Position numbers and translations under genes: made by a program
Part shown: positions 13,621 through 27,781 of the stretch, piece after piece
How positions within the stretch are numbered: the stretch's first letter is position 1
Layout: each line of letters opens with the position of its first letter
Notes under the pieces: model-generated
What the model was told of the DNA's origin: nothing
The model's input: the letters and a program-made list of their open reading frames with translations, nothing else
Databases searched by the model: none
From: Vicugna vicugna
Taxonomy: Eukaryota
Length of the DNA stretch: 64,000 nt
NCBI GenBank assembly: GCA_013265495.1
Contig: MU058198.1
Span: 1,376,419 to 1,440,418, forward strand
Direction: 5' to 3'

Positions 13621-15109
13621 AGCTTTGTAGCCACTCCAAAAGTGGTGGTAGTGGCACACTTTCCAGAACGTTGATGCTGGGTCCCGCCTCATACATACCC
13701 CAACCATTCTTGGCACCTGTTCCTCCAGCCTTATAATTTTGTCGGCCTCCCAAAAGCTTTCCATAAATTCCCTTTAAGATTAAGTTTGCCAGAATATGTT
13801 TCTATATGACTTACAACCAAGAATGGCCGTTTGTGTAAGTGTTTCACACTAGTTTCTCTGTGGTTTTTATCTATAGTCTTCGCAACTATCAAGTTAATAT
13901 ATTGTCTTTTTAAAATCGTTGAAAAGACGCCAGTTTTTAAGACTGTTCACGAAGAGTAAGTGTCCTCACCCTCACCCCCAGCTCCTCCTCAGGTACAAAG
14001 TTGTTGCCAGATTTGAGTTCCTGCAAATCCTGAAGGAGGTAATCTGCAAAGGGGCGCTGAGCTGACAGTCAGTCTTTGATTCTAACCGCAGATTTACCAT
14101 TATTTCCCCCTGAAATTATCAGTCTTCTTTTTTCCTTCCACCTTTGCTTCTGCCTTTACTTTCCATAATGATATTGGTGGAGATTGCATGGCATGTATTT
14201 CTGGAGGTCCTCAGTTGCTTGTGAAGAGCAGTCTCTACACTGGCCTTGCTGTGGTGTCAGGAGGCATAGAGAGAGCTGACTGAAACTGTTTTTTTTTTTT
14301 TTCTCCTTCATCCTAAGTGCCTAGCATAGTGCCTGGCCCATAGTAGGTGCTCAAAAATGTTTTTGAATTAAGTTCAACCCGAAAACTGGTCAATAAATGA
14401 AAAAGTTTAAAACTCATGCTATTAAGAAGGACAATACAACCACGTCCTGATTCCATTAAACCATGTCAGAGGAACCAGAAAAGGGCACTATTATACCCCA
14501 GAATCTCTCTCTTCCACCTAGCTAAATTTCAGTTGCCCATACACTAGCCTCTGACCTTAGGATCTTAGAAGTTGGCATACAGATAAAGTTAAGATACGTA
14601 GTCTGACCCCTAAACTATTGTGTGGAGGGGTGCCACCCAAGGAAAGCCCATCAGACAGGAACTTCGGCATTAGACTTAAGCTTCTGAGGTTTGGGCTTGT
14701 TTCTGCAGAATACCCTAGCACACCTTAACTAATATACTGAGAATCTAGAGTTTGTTCAGAATGTCTTTACTTTTTTGTTAGAGTCTTACTGTGCATCATG
14801 TCCTTCTGATAAATTAAAAGAACAGGATTCATAACAAAATGAAGAGAACATGGGTTTTAAAGTCTGACCTGAGTAGAAGTCCTAGTTCTGTTGTTTTTCC
14901 GGTAGACTCAGAGGGAACCTCAACCAGTGGCCAGGCTTCTGTCTCACTGCCAAAAAAAATGAAATGCCTCTTACACTCATCTTAGAAAATGTATATGTGG
15001 ATTCTTTCTGGAAGTATATTACAAAATGGTTGGGGCAACTCTATAAAGTTTTGTCTTTTTTCCTATAGAAATGTTTACAAAAGTGTTTTTATACTTGAAG
15101 GATGTTTTT

Positions 15110-16850
15110 AAATTTTTTATTGAAGTGTAGGTGTTTTACACTGTTTCAGGTGTACAGTAAAGTGACTCAGTTGTGTGTGTGTGTGTGTGTGTATCCTTTT
15201 TCAGATTCTTTTCCATTATAGTTTATTACAAGACATGGAAAATAGTTCCCTGTGGTTTCTCTATTGTATGTATAGTACTGTGTATTTGTTAATGCTAAAG
15301 TCCTAATTTATCCCTCCCCAACCCCTTTATCTTTGGCAACCAAAAGTTTCTTTTCTGTGTCTGTGAGTTTGTTTCTATTTTGTAAATAAGTTCATTTGTA
15401 TCATTTTTTAGATTCTGTATATCAGTGATATCATATATTTGTCTTTCTCTGTCTGACTTACTTCACTTAGTAGGATAATCTCCAGGTCCATCCATGTTGC
15501 TGCAAATGGCATTACTTCATTCCCTTTTTATGGCTAAGTAATATTCCATTGTATATGTATGCCACATCTTCTTTATCCATTCAGCTGTCAATGGACATTT
15601 AGGTTATTTCCATGTCTTGGATATTGTAAATAGCACTGCTGTGAACATTGGGATGCACATATCTTTTCAGATTAGAGTTTTTGTCTTTTCCAGATATATG
15701 TCCAAGAGTGGGATTGCTGTATCAGATGATAACTCTATTTTTAGTTTTTTTAAGGAAGTTCCATACTGTTTTCCATAGTGGCTGCACCAAATTACATTCT
15801 CACCAAGAGTATAGGAGAGTTCCCTTTTCTCCACACCCTCTCTAGCATTTATAATTTGTAGGCTTTTTAATGATGGGCATTCTAACTGGTGTGAGGTGAT
15901 ACTTCAGTATAGTTTTGATTTGCATATCTCTGCTAATTAGCCATGTTGAGCATCTTTTCATGTGGTTATTGGCCATCTGTATGTCCTCTTTGAGAAATGT
16001 CTATTTAGATCTTCTGCCCATTTTTTGATTTGATTGTTTTTTGATATTGTGATGGTGAACTCTTTGTATGTTTTGAAAATTAAGCCATTGTTGGTTGCAT
16101 CGTTTATAAATATTTTCTCCCATTCTACAGGTTGTCTTTTCTTTTTGTTTATAGTTTCTTTCACCGTGCAAAAACTTTTAAGTTTAATTAGGTCCCATTT
16201 GTTTATTTTTGCTTTTGTTTCCATTACTCTAGGAGAGAAATCCAAAAAAAATATTGCTGCGATTTATTTCAAAGAGTGTTCTGCCTATGTTTTCCCATAG
16301 GAGTTTTATAGTATCCATTTTTACATTTGGTCTTTAATACATTTTGAGTTTATTTTCATATATGGTGTTAGAGACTGTTCTAAGTTAATTTTTTTACATG
16401 TAGCTGTTGAGTTTTCCTAGCACCACTTATTGAAGAGACTGTCTTTTCTCCATCTTATGTTCTTGTCTCCTTTATCCTAGATTAATTTATTATAAGTGCG
16501 TGGGTTTATTTCTGGGCTTCCTATCCTGTTCCATTTATCTATATATCTGTTTTTGTGTCAGTACCATACTGTTTTGATTACTGTAGCCTTGCAGTATAGT
16601 CTGAAGTCAGGGAATAAGATTCCTCTGGCTCTGTTCTTCTTTCTCAAGATGGTTTCAACTCTTAGAGTTCTTTTGTGTTCCCATACAAATTTTTAAAATT
16701 TTCATTCTACTTCTGTGAAAAATGCCATTGGTAATTTGATAGGGATTGCAATGAGTATTTGTATTGCCTTGGGAAGTTTGGTCCTTTTAACAATATTGAT
16801 TCTGCCAATCCAAGAACATGGTATATCTTTCCATCCATGTCATCTTCAGT
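15110..16850 (-). mobile_element. LINE-1 3' fragment (ORF2 C-terminus + 3' UTR) with (TG)n
   Basis: Minus ORF 15958-16245 [36 protein letters not shown] is L1 ORF2; T-rich tail at ~15110. Confidence 0.9.
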
Positions 16851-17734
16851 TTCTTTTTTTAAAATGTGTGTGTGTATATGTGTTTGTGTGTGTGTGTGTA
16901 TACTCACACAACACAAGCAGTTCCTTAAAACTGTCTGGTCACGTCTGAGTCTATGCATATCTATCTCAAATGTGATATTACAGTCAAAGTCTTGGTAATA
17001 CAGCCAGTATTTCTAATTGCCCTGTTAGAGGATAAGAGATTTTTACTGAACTTATGTAAATAAGTAACTATATTGCCATAAAAAGAATACTAAAGAGTTT
17101 CAACATTTTGGAGGGATCAGTAAAAAGAACAAGTAAATGTTTCTTCTTTATTTACAAAGGTATATTTTATCAAATTGAAGTAAGTCAGTCAGTCATAGAT
17201 AGCTTGGGAGACAAAGCAAAATGTTAGAGAACCACCAATATTTCAAACAAGAAGTCATAAAAATCATAATCATAATTATCCTCCTCAGTTTGCTCATTCC
17301 CATGTTATTAATTCTTATTCTGCTTACATCCACTTATCCCCCTAGTTCTGAAAATTCTTACCCAGTTCAGTTTTATGATCTTAAAGTTATCAGAAAACTA
17401 TACTTTTCTTTTCTTTTCCACAAATTCTCTTTGAAGATGAAGCACTTTTGTGGGACTGTTTTTATAAAAGCATGAAAGTAAAACAACTAACTGTCTGCAA
17501 ATGACAAAAGACCTTAAAATGCCCATTATTGAAGACCTGATGAGAGTTCATCATAATGGAAGTGACAAGGAAACTGGTTATTTCTGTAACACACAACATT
17601 TTAAGATAATAACTGGAATTATGACTGATAACATTATATCAAAACATATCAGATTTCCAGGAATTTCACATAATTTCTGAAATACATATGACATTTACTG
17701 ACAGAAACACAACATAAAGAAGGCTTTGTGTTAG

Positions 17735-17877
17735 TTTTTTTTTTTTTTTTTTTTTTTTGGAAGAGGGAGGTAATTAGGTTTATTTATTTATTTTTTAAAT
17801 GGAGGTACTGGGGCTTGAACCCAGGACCTCATGCATGCTAAGCATGTGCTCTACCACTGAGCTATACTGTCTCCCCC
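17735..17877 (-). mobile_element. tRNA-derived SINE (camelid Vic-1-like)
   Basis: Reverse complement of GGGGG..GTATAGCTCAGTGGTAGAGCACATGCTTAGCATGCATGAGGTCCTGGGTTCAA..., AATAAATAAACCTAATTACCTCC and a poly-A tail. Confidence 0.85.
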
Positions 17878-17921
17878 AGCTTTGCATTACTTCTTACTTG
17901 GCACTGCTTCCCGTGTAATTT

Positions 17922-18471
17922 TGAGACAGGAAGACAAAAGTACACCCTTTTGGAAAAGAACTAGAGGATAGCCTTGAGCAAAACAGACCTTGGAAGCTAA
18001 AGAACAAAGGCCCTGGGGGCCTGAATTCCAGAGACAAAAACCAGGCTCAGAGAAATAAAAGATTAATTTTGTCTCTATTACACTAAGGAGTACATGTAGT
18101 TGCCACAAGACAAGAAGCTCAAATATATAAATTTTAACCTTGTCTGTTCCAGGGCTTTCTTGCAGAAAATTCTCATGCACTCTTTTCATCTCACAGAAGC
18201 ACTCCCTATTCCGGACAGCCACAGTGGAGCCTCCTGCTGCTTACATTTTCTGGAAATTGTCGGGGATTGTGAGACAAACCCTTCCTTTTGTTAAAAAAGC
18301 AACTCACCCCTTCTACTCTAGGAGTTGGCACTCCCACCACCACCACCTTTTCCCTTGTGCATAAGCTATCATCTCTTTTAATAAAAAGCTTTCCTTGCCT
18401 AAGAGTCTTGTGGAAGCGATGTTTATTTCTATGGCACTGTTGTGCAAGAATCTGGAAAGGGCCTGATAACA
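17922..18471 (+). mobile_element. Solo LTR (ERV1-like, ~550 bp)
   Basis: TG...CA ends, AATAAA near 18380, near-perfect 4-bp TSD ATTT/ACTT. Confidence 0.65.
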
Positions 18472-18619
18472 ACTTAGCATATCAAATAAGCCTAATTAGT
18501 TTAACATCTCCTTTTTTATAAGGGTAGAGAACAAATCTTTTTAAATGTTCCAGGGACCCTCTGGAAATTTTCAGTTAGTTTGAGGTCAAAAAGTCTTCAT
18601 TTAGAATTTGATTTTGGAG

Positions 18620-18759
18620 GAGGGAGGGTGCAGCTCAAGTGGTAGAGCACATGCTTAGCATGCAGAGATCCTGGGTTCAATCCCCAATACCTCTTCTAAA
18701 AATAAGTAAATAAATAAATCTAATTACCTCCCTCTCCCCACAAAATAAACTAAAAAAAA
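18620..18759 (+). mobile_element. tRNA-derived SINE (Vic-1-like)
   Basis: A box GCTCAAGTGG, B box GGTTCAATCC, A-rich tail, flanking repeat AATTTGA(T/C)TT(T/G)G. Confidence 0.85.
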
Positions 18760-19659
18760 AATTTGACTTGGGGAAGTTTGTCAAAAATATTAAGGTTTTA
18801 AACACTTGGTCAAATAGGATCATCAGTGACTGTGTAATTATACTTAGTTATCCATTTAACTAAAGTGGCAATAGATGTTAAAGGCAAATACAGAATGTTA
18901 AATAGTTGTTAAAAGTTTTAGCTCTTTTAGTAAAGAAGATTCAGCTTCTGAACACAGAAACTTGTTTTAATGAAATACAGAATCTGTTTTCAGGAAGATT
19001 TATTTTAAATGGTAAATCAAAGCCTTTTGCAATCTCTTATCAAGAGCAGACCAATAGCCCAAAAGACATTGTCCTTTCAACAGAGAGAAAAAAAATCCTA
19101 ATTTTGCAGCAGCTTATTTTGGATATTAAAACTCATTTACTTAATAAATTAATTCCAATCTTAGCTAGTCCTGGCCACACATAAAATTCCTTCCCAAAGA
19201 TTTCTTTTTCATAACTTTTCTTTTACTGAGAGCACATATCCTACTTTCCTTGCATACAGAGATGTGTCCCTTATTATTTCCAGTAGCTTTAATCATGGGC
19301 CTATTTTTCCTTTTTTAACATAGATGATGACTATCAATAGCTGCCTTGGATGGAGCCGTCTCATGCCTTATCATATAAGGCCAGCGGGATATTATGTTTC
19401 TCCAGATGTCATGCAGTATGAATTACACAATCATTTTTATGCAACCTTCTTGCTAAAAATGGATCTAGACTCTAGATCTAACTATCACCTTACAAAAAAA
19501 TAAAGGGACAGAAAAACGTGTTCAACTTAACTACAGGGTTGAATTAACAAAATCCAGAAGACAGAAAACTCTTCAGGATAATACCCTATTTCCTACAACA
19601 AATTACAAGAAAAAAAAAAAAAGATGAGGGGATGGAATTTACAGATTAAAAAAAGTTAA

Positions 19660-21395
19660 GATAGGAGATGACAGCAGAGTAGAAGGACCTTGAGCTCACC
19701 TCCTCTCATGAGTACAACCAAATCACAACTAATTGCTGAACAACTATTGGTTTTAAAAGACTGGAAACTACCAAAAAAGATCTTCTACATCTGAAGACAT
19801 AATGAAAGAACCACAATAAGACGATAGAAGGGCCACACTCATGATATAATCAAATCCCATACCCCCCAGGTGGGCAACCCACAAACTAGAGAGTAATTAC
19901 ACTGCAGAGTGCTCCAACAGGAGTGAGAGTTCTGAACCCCACATCAAGCTCCCTGCCCCGAAGGTCTGTCATCAGGAAGAGGAGTCCCCGAGCATTTGGC
20001 TTTGATGGCCAGTGGGGCTTGACTGCAGAAGCTTCACAAGACTGGGAGAAATAGAGACTTCACTCTTAAAGGATTCACACAAAATCTCACATATACCAGG
20101 TCTGAGGACAAAAGCAGTAATTTCACAGGAACCTGGGCCAGATCTACTTGCTGGTCTTGCAGGATCCCCTGGGAAGATAAGGAGTGGCTGCAGCTCACCA
20201 TGGGGATGTACAAGCTAATGTTAGATATATCGAGGAGTATTCATCTGCGTGAACATTGACATTTTGCATGGATCATTAGTACCAAGACCAGGCCCAACCC
20301 AACAGCCTGTAGGCTTCAGTGCTGGGACACCTCAGGCCAAACAACTAACTATGTGGGAACAAAGTTCTACCCAGCAGAAGACAGACTGCCTAAAAACTTC
20401 CTGAGCCTACAGCCACCTCTAAATACACCCCGAGACACAGCCCTGCCCACCAGAGTGGTAGGACCCAGCTCCACCCACCAGTGGGTAGGTACCAGCTCCT
20501 CCCAGCAGGAAGCCAGCACAAGCTTCTAGACCATCCTCACCCACCAGGGGGCAGACACCAGAAGCAAGATAACTGATACCACAGCCTGCGGAACCCAATC
20601 CATAAACACAAGCCAGACTGGACCCTGAGACTAGCTGCCCCCTCACCCTTGGGTGGCAAGAGGGGAATGTACTGCTGGGACACATAGGATGTCCCCTATC
20701 GAGGGCCACTTCTCCAAGGTCAAGAAATGTAACTTACCTACCATGTACATAAAAATAAAAATAGAAGTTTAGACAAAATGAGGTGGCAGAGGAATATGTT
20801 CCAGATGAAGGAACAAGACACAACCCCAGAAGAACTAAGTGATGTGGAGACAGGCAACCTACCTGAGAAAGAGTTCACAGTAATGATCCTAAAGATGATC
20901 CAAGAACTTGGGAAGAGAATGGATGCATAGAGCAAAAAGTTAGAAGTATTTAACAAAGAGTTAGGAAATATAAATAACAACCAAACAGACCCGAAGGAAA
21001 CAATGACTGAAATGAAAAATGCACTGAAGGAATCAATAGAATAAATGAGGCAGAAGAACGATCAGTGAGCTAGAAGACAAGGTAGGAGAAATCACTGCCA
21101 CAGAATAGAAAAAAGGAAAATAGAATGTAAAGAAATGGGGACAGTCTAAGAGACCTCTGGGACAACATCAAGTGCACAAATATTCTTATTATAAGGGTCC
21201 CAGAAGAAGAAGAGAGAGAGAAAGAGCCTGAGAATATATTTGAAGAAATCATAGCTGAAAACTTCCCTAACCTGGGAAAGGAAATAGTCACCCAAGTCTG
21301 GGAAATGCAGAGGGTCCCATACAGGATCAACCTAAAGAGAAGGACACTAAGGAACATGGTAATCAAATTGACAAAAGCAGAAGATAAAGAAAAGT
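19660..21395 (+). mobile_element. LINE-1 5' UTR and decayed ORF1
   Basis: 'agatgacagcagagtagaaggaccttgagctcacctcctctcatg...' 5' end; ORF1 text 'gacctctgggacaacatcaagtgcacaaatattcttattataagggtcccagaagaagaagagagagagaaag'. Confidence 0.85.
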
Positions 21396-21692
21396 TTTTA
21401 TTGGGGATTCATTATGTAGGCATGACTGACTGAATCATTAACCACATGACTGAATTCCATCTCCAGCTCTCCCTCCCCTCCCCAGAGGTTGGACTAGCTT
21501 CAAAACCCAGGCCTTTAATCACATCATTGACTTTTTCCCCCTCATCCTCTGTCATCTCGCTAACATAAACTTAGGTGTGACTTAGAAGTGTTCATGAATA
21601 ACAGAAGCACTCCTATTACTCCAAGAATTTAGCGTCTCCAAGAACTTAGGAACCAGGGACAAAGGCCAGTCGATTTTTTAAGTCATGTAACA
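21395..21692. mobile_element. MER21-like LTR fragment
   Basis: 'tttttattggggattcattatgtaggcatgactgactgaatcatt...ctccagctctccctcccctccccagaggttgg' resembles MER21. Confidence 0.45.
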
Positions 21693-21959
21693 GGCACATA
21701 CCAGAAGAAATGAACTTGGTTGACCTTGAGCTTCTCCAGAGTAATATTTAATGCCACATAACAGAGGAACAAGGCCTACAGTTTTCTGAGAGAAATAAAA
21801 TCTAACACAATAAATTTACACCTAGCCAAGCCAAACTCCCCGTAAAGTCTATAGAGAGGCATTGTAAATTAAGCAAGGGAATACTCATTACAAGCTCTTG
21901 TGAGGAAAAAAAAAATCCTAGATGTTAAATTTAGCTAAAGAAGAAAAACTTTAAAGAAT

Positions 21960-23385
21960 ACAAAGAAGGAAAAGGAGGCAAGAATATTCAATGGAGAAAA
22001 GTCAGTCTCTTTAGCAAGTGGTGCTGGGAAAGCGGGATAGTCACATGTAAATCAATGAAGTTAGAACATTTCCTCACACTCTACACAAAAGTAAACTCAA
22101 AATGGCATAGAGACGTAAATATAAGACATGACACCATAAAACTCCTAGAAGAGAACATAAGCAAAACATTTTCTGACATAAGTCCTAGCAATGTTTTCCT
22201 AGATCAGTCTCCCAAGGCAAAAGAAATAAAAGCAAAAATAAACAAATGTGACCTAATTAAACTTAAAAGCTTTTGCACAGCAAAAGAAACCATAAACATA
22301 ATGAAAAGCCAACCTACAGAATGGGAGAAAATATTTGCAAATGATGTGACTAACAAGGGATTAACTTCCAAAATATACAAAGAGCTTATACAGCTCAGTA
22401 TCAAAAACAAACAAATAACCCAAAGAAAAAATGGGCAGAAGATCTAAATAGACAGTTCTCTAAAGAAGACATACAGATGGCCAACAACCACATGAAAAGA
22501 TGCTCAAAATCACTAATTATCAGAGAAATGCAAATTAAAACTACAATGAGGTATCACCTCACACCAGTTAGAATGCCCATCATTAAAAAGCCTACAAGTT
22601 ATAACTGCTGGAGAAGATGTGGAGAAAAGGGAACCCTCCTACACTGTTGATGGGACTGTAACTTGGTGCAGCCATATGGAAAACAGTTATGGAGCTTCCT
22701 TAAAAAACTAAAAATAGACTTACCCTAAGATCCAGCAATCCCACTCCTGGGCATATATCTGGAAAAGACAAAAACTCTAATCTGAAAAGCTACATGCATC
22801 TTAATGTTCATAACATACTATTTACAATAGCCAAGATATGGAAATAACCTAAATGTCCATCAAGTGAATAGATAAAGATGTGGTATACATATACAATGGA
22901 ATATTACTTAGCCGTAAAAAGGAATGAAATAATGCCATTTGCAGCAACATGGACAGACCTGGAGATTATCCTACTAAGTGGAATAAGTGAGACAGAGAAA
23001 GACAAATATCTTATGATATCACTGCTATGTGGAATCTAAAAAAAAATGATACAAATGAACTTATTTGCAAAGCAAACAAACTCACAGACATAGAAGAGAA
23101 ACCTTTGGGTACCAAAGAGGAAATGGGGATAGGGAGGGATAAATTAGGACTTTGGGATTAACAGATACACGCTAGTATACATAAAATAGATAAACAAGGA
23201 CCTACTGTCTAGCACAGGGAACTATATTCAATATCTTGTAATAACCTATAATGGAAAATAATCTGAAAAAAATATATATTTCATATATATATTCATATAT
23301 GTATATATATGAATCGCTTTGCTGTACACCGAAAGTAACACAACATTGTAAATCAACTATACTTCAATACATATAAAAGAAGAAA
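21960..23385 (+). mobile_element. LINE-1 3' fragment (ORF2 C-terminus + 3' UTR)
   Basis: ORF 22055-22447 ([11 protein letters not shown]...[22 protein letters not shown]...EWEKIFAN); 3' end 'aacattgtaaatcaactatacttcaata'. Confidence 0.9.
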
Positions 23386-23437
23386 ACATGAAGGAGAAGG
23401 TGTGTGAAAAGCACCCCTGAATCAACTTCTACATTTG

Positions 23438-23670
23438 ATCAGGGTTTCTCAGCCTGGGCATTTGTGTTTGGGGTTAGGTAATTAATTCTTTGTTGTAGAG
23501 GCTGCCTTGTGAATTTTAAGATGTTTAGCAGCATCCCTATTCTCCATACACTAGATGGCAGTGTCACTGCTACCTCCCTCTCCCTCCAGACAAGGTGTGA
23601 CAACCCAGTATGCCTCCAGGCATAGACCAACATCCCCCTCGGGCACAACCGCCCCCAGTTGGCAATCACT
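23438..23670 (+). mobile_element. MER20-like DNA transposon
   Basis: 'cagggtttctcagcctggg...ataattctttgttgtagaggctgccttgtgaattttaagatgtttagcagcatccct...gcccccagttggcaatcact'. Confidence 0.65.
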
Positions 23671-24274
23671 CACATAAACTAATGCTTGATCACTGAGAAA
23701 GTTCTAGTTACAGAAGAGAACACATGTGTCTCAAAATCTGACAATAATTCAGCTAATAAAAATCAAAGGGCTAGGGGAGGGAGATAGGAGAAATGGAAAG
23801 TACCAATTAATTTCTCAAAGTAGATACTGATTGATCCAGTCTAATTAGAAAAATGTAGTTTAAAAAAATGTCTCATCACTTAAGGTTTTCCTTACCTCTG
23901 GTGAGATCTTTTGGGATCTTTTAGGAACTATTAATGTTCCTAGTGAAGAAATGTCTACCTGGAAAATGGCTGTTTTCAGTTTCACTTCAGTTGTTTTTCT
24001 CTCAGTTCAAGCTTAAAATCTTTTTATTCAAAACATTATGCATATCCTGGACCCATTTTTATCAGACTATCCATCTACCTTCCATCTGTAAATACGAATA
24101 AATACTTGAAATCTTGTGGGCCCAGAGTTAGTAACATTTGCTTCTTCGTGGCGAGATTTGAAATGTTATCTGACTTCCTCCTTTATACTTTTCTATGTTG
24201 CTTGAATTTTTAAATGACCATGAATCATTGACATATAAAATAATTTTTCTTTATTGTTTTTCTCTTTTTCTTTT

Positions 24275-24901
24275 TAATGCAGGAAAATGGATGTGGGGCG
24301 TGAGGAGGGCCGAGTCCCAGATCTTGGTTGAGTCCTTGGGATGTGCCCTGCCGAGTGTGAGTCCTTGGCTTTGCGCAGGAAAGAATTCAAGTGCGAGCCA
24401 CCGTTGAGTAAAGGTATATTTATTTAGAGAGATACGGCGTAGAGTGTAAGGCAAAAGAGAGGCAAGGAAGGAGGTGTAGGAATTGGGTGCTCAGATTAAA
24501 ATGAAAGTAGGTAAAAACTCCATAGACAGAGTGCGGGCCTGTCTCCAAAGGGGAGAGGGCAGAAGAGCCCATTAGGCGTGGTGTTGGCACTGTCTTAGTA
24601 GCTTCACACTCCTTCAGGTGGGATCAATCCAACTGCCCTGGGGAAGGCGCTGGGATTCCCAGGAATTGGGCCATCGCCTACTCTTTGGCCTTTTGCGGTT
24701 AGCCTTGGGACTGTCATGGCGCCTGCGGGCATGTTATTTGATCATGCTGTTACAATGAGCATGTAATGAAGCTCCAAGTCTACTAGAAGTTAAACCTCTT
24801 AATCCTCAAGGCCAACTAGGAGGTGAGTCTTCCACCATTTTGGTGTTAAATTGCTGTCATTCCTTGAGTGGCTGTGCCCTGCCCTCTTCCCTCCTGTCTC
24901 A
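24275..24901 (-). mobile_element. Solo LTR, family A (ERV1-like), copy 1
   Basis: Minus strand begins TGAGACAGGAGGG; AATAAA on minus near 24420; TSD TTTT; highly similar to 37920-38649. Confidence 0.85.
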
Positions 24902-25130
24902 TTTTTAGTGTCTGATTTTCATAGATAAGGCTTCTTCACTCACTCCTTTAGCAAATACTTACTGAATACCTATAATACATTGAGCTGTGTTCTAGCTATT
25001 TGGGATTCAGTGATGAGCAAGACAGATAAGTTACTTGCATTCTAGTTAGTCTAGAAAGAGCTGACAAAGTATTATAATATTAACTTGGCGTGCTGACCAT
25101 TGCCTTATTCCTGATTAAATGGAATGCCTC

Positions 25131-25762
25131 TGCTGGGAAACAAGCTGCTGGAAAACAAGCCGCACCTAAATTTCCATGAGCTTAAAATATTATAATCACA
25201 CTTACTTGCTTAAAATGCACATGCTTGCTTTGTTTTAATGTTTTACACAGATGAAATTTATGAGGAGAAATCCTGAGATTGACCGTAAGGGCACGAAAGA
25301 GGGCAGATATTTCCTTAGGGTAAAACAAAGGACGGTCCTGGAAAGCCAGATCATTCATTAACAGAACTTTGTTCTGGCAAGAAAGCATGCTGTTTAACCC
25401 AGGGGAAGTATTTGCTATCTTGAGATGTCCCAGAGGCAATAATGGGATAGACTTAGAAAATTTGTATACCCCGAGGAGGGTGATTGTTCCTGGAAGGGAT
25501 AGGCCTGAGATTAATCAGTTAACCAGCAAGCAGAATTTAGTGCTTATCTCATGAAATATCTAAAGCCCCACCTCTTCAATCGCATTTTTTTCCTGAGCTT
25601 TATACTCCTAATAAATATGATGTCGACCAGGCTTTTGGAGTTCTAGAGCCTCGAGATCTTGAGTTCCCTGGTCCCATCTTTGCTCTTTACTTAGTCTCTT
25701 TGTTTCTTAAGTCTTGCGTCGCCCGTCCTCAGATACGGTCCCGGGCTGTGCTGGACACAGCA
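25131..25762 (+). mobile_element. Solo LTR, ERV2/beta-type (632 bp)
   Basis: TG...CA ends, perfect 6-bp TSD TGCCTC (25125-25130 / 25763-25768), AATAAA at 25610. Confidence 0.85.
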
Positions 25763-26239
25763 TGCCTCTAACATTTCACCCTTAAATGTTTCTAATATTT
25801 CAATATCAAAATACGTTATTGATAGATATTCTTTATCACATTGCTTCCTTCTATTCATGTTTCACTTTTGGAGGTGGTGAGGATTGTCATGGATGAGTGT
25901 TGAAATTCATCAATTACTTTTTCTCCATTCACTAAAATTCCCATATGGTTTTTCTTCTTTTACCTTTTTATGGGGATAAGCTCAAACAGATCATAATGAA
26001 TTCTTTGTTGTTTGCAACATTGCTGGTTTCAGTGTGTTAATAATTTATTTATTTTTATTTATTACTGAAGTATAGTCAGTTAACAGTGTGTTAATTTCTC
26101 ATGTACAGCAAAATTTATTTTTGACTTTTTGTTTCTGCTCATAGTTCGTTGGAGTTTGCTTGGTATTTTCTGTCTAGCAGTGTTGTCTGGTTTTGCTACT
26201 GATGCTATTCTAATCTGAAAAAATAAAATGGGAGAACTT

Positions 26240-27781
26240 CTACTCCGGGAAAATGCAGTAGACACACTTTTCCTTATGCTTCTTGCTAAATACACTAAAA
26301 ATCCCTAGACATTATACAGATAACAACATAAAGAGAAACGTACTGTGAAAGGTATAGAGAAGAAGGCAGACTGTCTATAGACTTCGGGACCCAAAGAGTA
26401 ACACAGTGGCCACTTGCCTGGGTTTTCTTTTTTGCCTCATATATCCTAGACTTGGAGTTGAGAGAACCAGCAACCCAGAAACACCAATGCGTATAGACAA
26501 TAAAATATCCAACAAAAGTCTGCTTTCTTTTGTCAAAGGACCAGGAAAAGAAGCAGCCTAGAAAACAAAGAAACAAAAAAATTTTTTAAATATTAATTGC
26601 TTTACTCCACCCAAATACCACAGGGGGAAAAAAAATCATGGTTCCACCTATTCACTCTTATGCCAGCAAAGGAAGACTTCTATATTCATGAATATCCCCA
26701 TACCACTGGGATGGTGTCAGAGAACAAGTAGGGAACTGGCCAGTGTCAGTAGAGAAACAGGGAGGAGCTGGGATTCTCATCCCCATCCAGCAAGAATAAG
26801 AAACTCTTCCCCACTCTGGTATCATTGAGGACTAAGTGGAAAACCTGGACTTCTATGCCCACCTGGCAATAATAATAATATTATACCCTCCCACCTTCCC
26901 TGCCAGAGCAGTGCCAAATAAAGCCAGCTAACATAATGTTTAGATAAGATCCAGAGCATCATTAAATAATACAAAATGTCCAGGTTTCAGTTGAAAAATC
27001 GCTCTTCTTACCAAGAAACAGAAAGATCTCAAACTGAAAGAGAAAAGAAAATCAACAGATGCCAACACCAAGCTGACAGATTTTATAAGCATCTGACAAA
27101 GGCTTTAAAGCAGCCACAATAAAAATTCTTCAATGAGCAATTAAAAATATGCTTGAAACAAATGAAAAAAACAAATCCTTTGTGAAGAAATAGAAAATGT
27201 CGAGAAGAACTAAACGGAGATTTTAGAACTGAAAATACAATAAGAGAAATAAAAATATAATTAGATGGGCTCTACAGCAGAGTAGAAGGAACATAAGAAA
27301 GAACTCAGTAGAATGGGAAGATAGAACAATAGACATTATCCAATCTTATCAACAGAGAGAAACAGGCTAGAAAAAAACCAAAGGAGGAGATTTCAAGATG
27401 GTTCCCATGAACACAAATTTACAGCTACATATGGAATAAATCCCTTAGGAAGGACCCTGAAACTGGATGAACAGATTCACCCCAAGAAAGGGTAAAAAGA
27501 TAACATCAAGATGGTAGGAGAGGCAGAGATACAGACTCGCCAAGGAAAAAAACCACACCCCAGCCTGGCAATCCACAGATGGGAGGATTACAAAGGGATG
27601 GTTATTTTCCCTGAGGAATAAGGGATTCAAGCTCAGCATCAGACACCTCAACTCATAGATCCTGCAAAGGAGGATAAAGCTCCTAAAACACCTGGCTTTA
27701 AAAACTAAAGGAGAATGAAGACATACAAATGGCCAATAGTCACATGAAAAGTGTAAGACATTGTTGAAAGAAATAGAAGAC
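26240..27781 (+). mobile_element. Mosaic of LINE-1 pieces (old L1 5'UTR/ORF1, younger L1 5' end and ORF2 piece) that received the provirus
   Basis: ORF1-like 'gagattttagaactgaaaatacaataagagaaataaaa...gatgggctctacagcagagtaga'; ORF2 text 'aagacattgttgaaagaaatagaagac' is cut by the provirus and resumes at 35300. Confidence 0.7.

Larger units (their letters stand above)
16940..19290 (-). mobile_element. Degenerate ERV1-class (MER4-group-like) internal sequence, interrupted by an LTR and two SINEs
   Basis: AT-rich non-coding text ('gcaaatgacaaaagac...gataataactggaattatgactgataacattatatc...') recognised as MER4-type internal sequence; the text resumes across the insertions. Confidence 0.5.

Noticed and set aside
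12794..13764. Several overlapping 94-152 aa ORFs
   Set aside because: By-products of the GC-rich CpG island; only the THUMPD1 exon-1 frame is supported.
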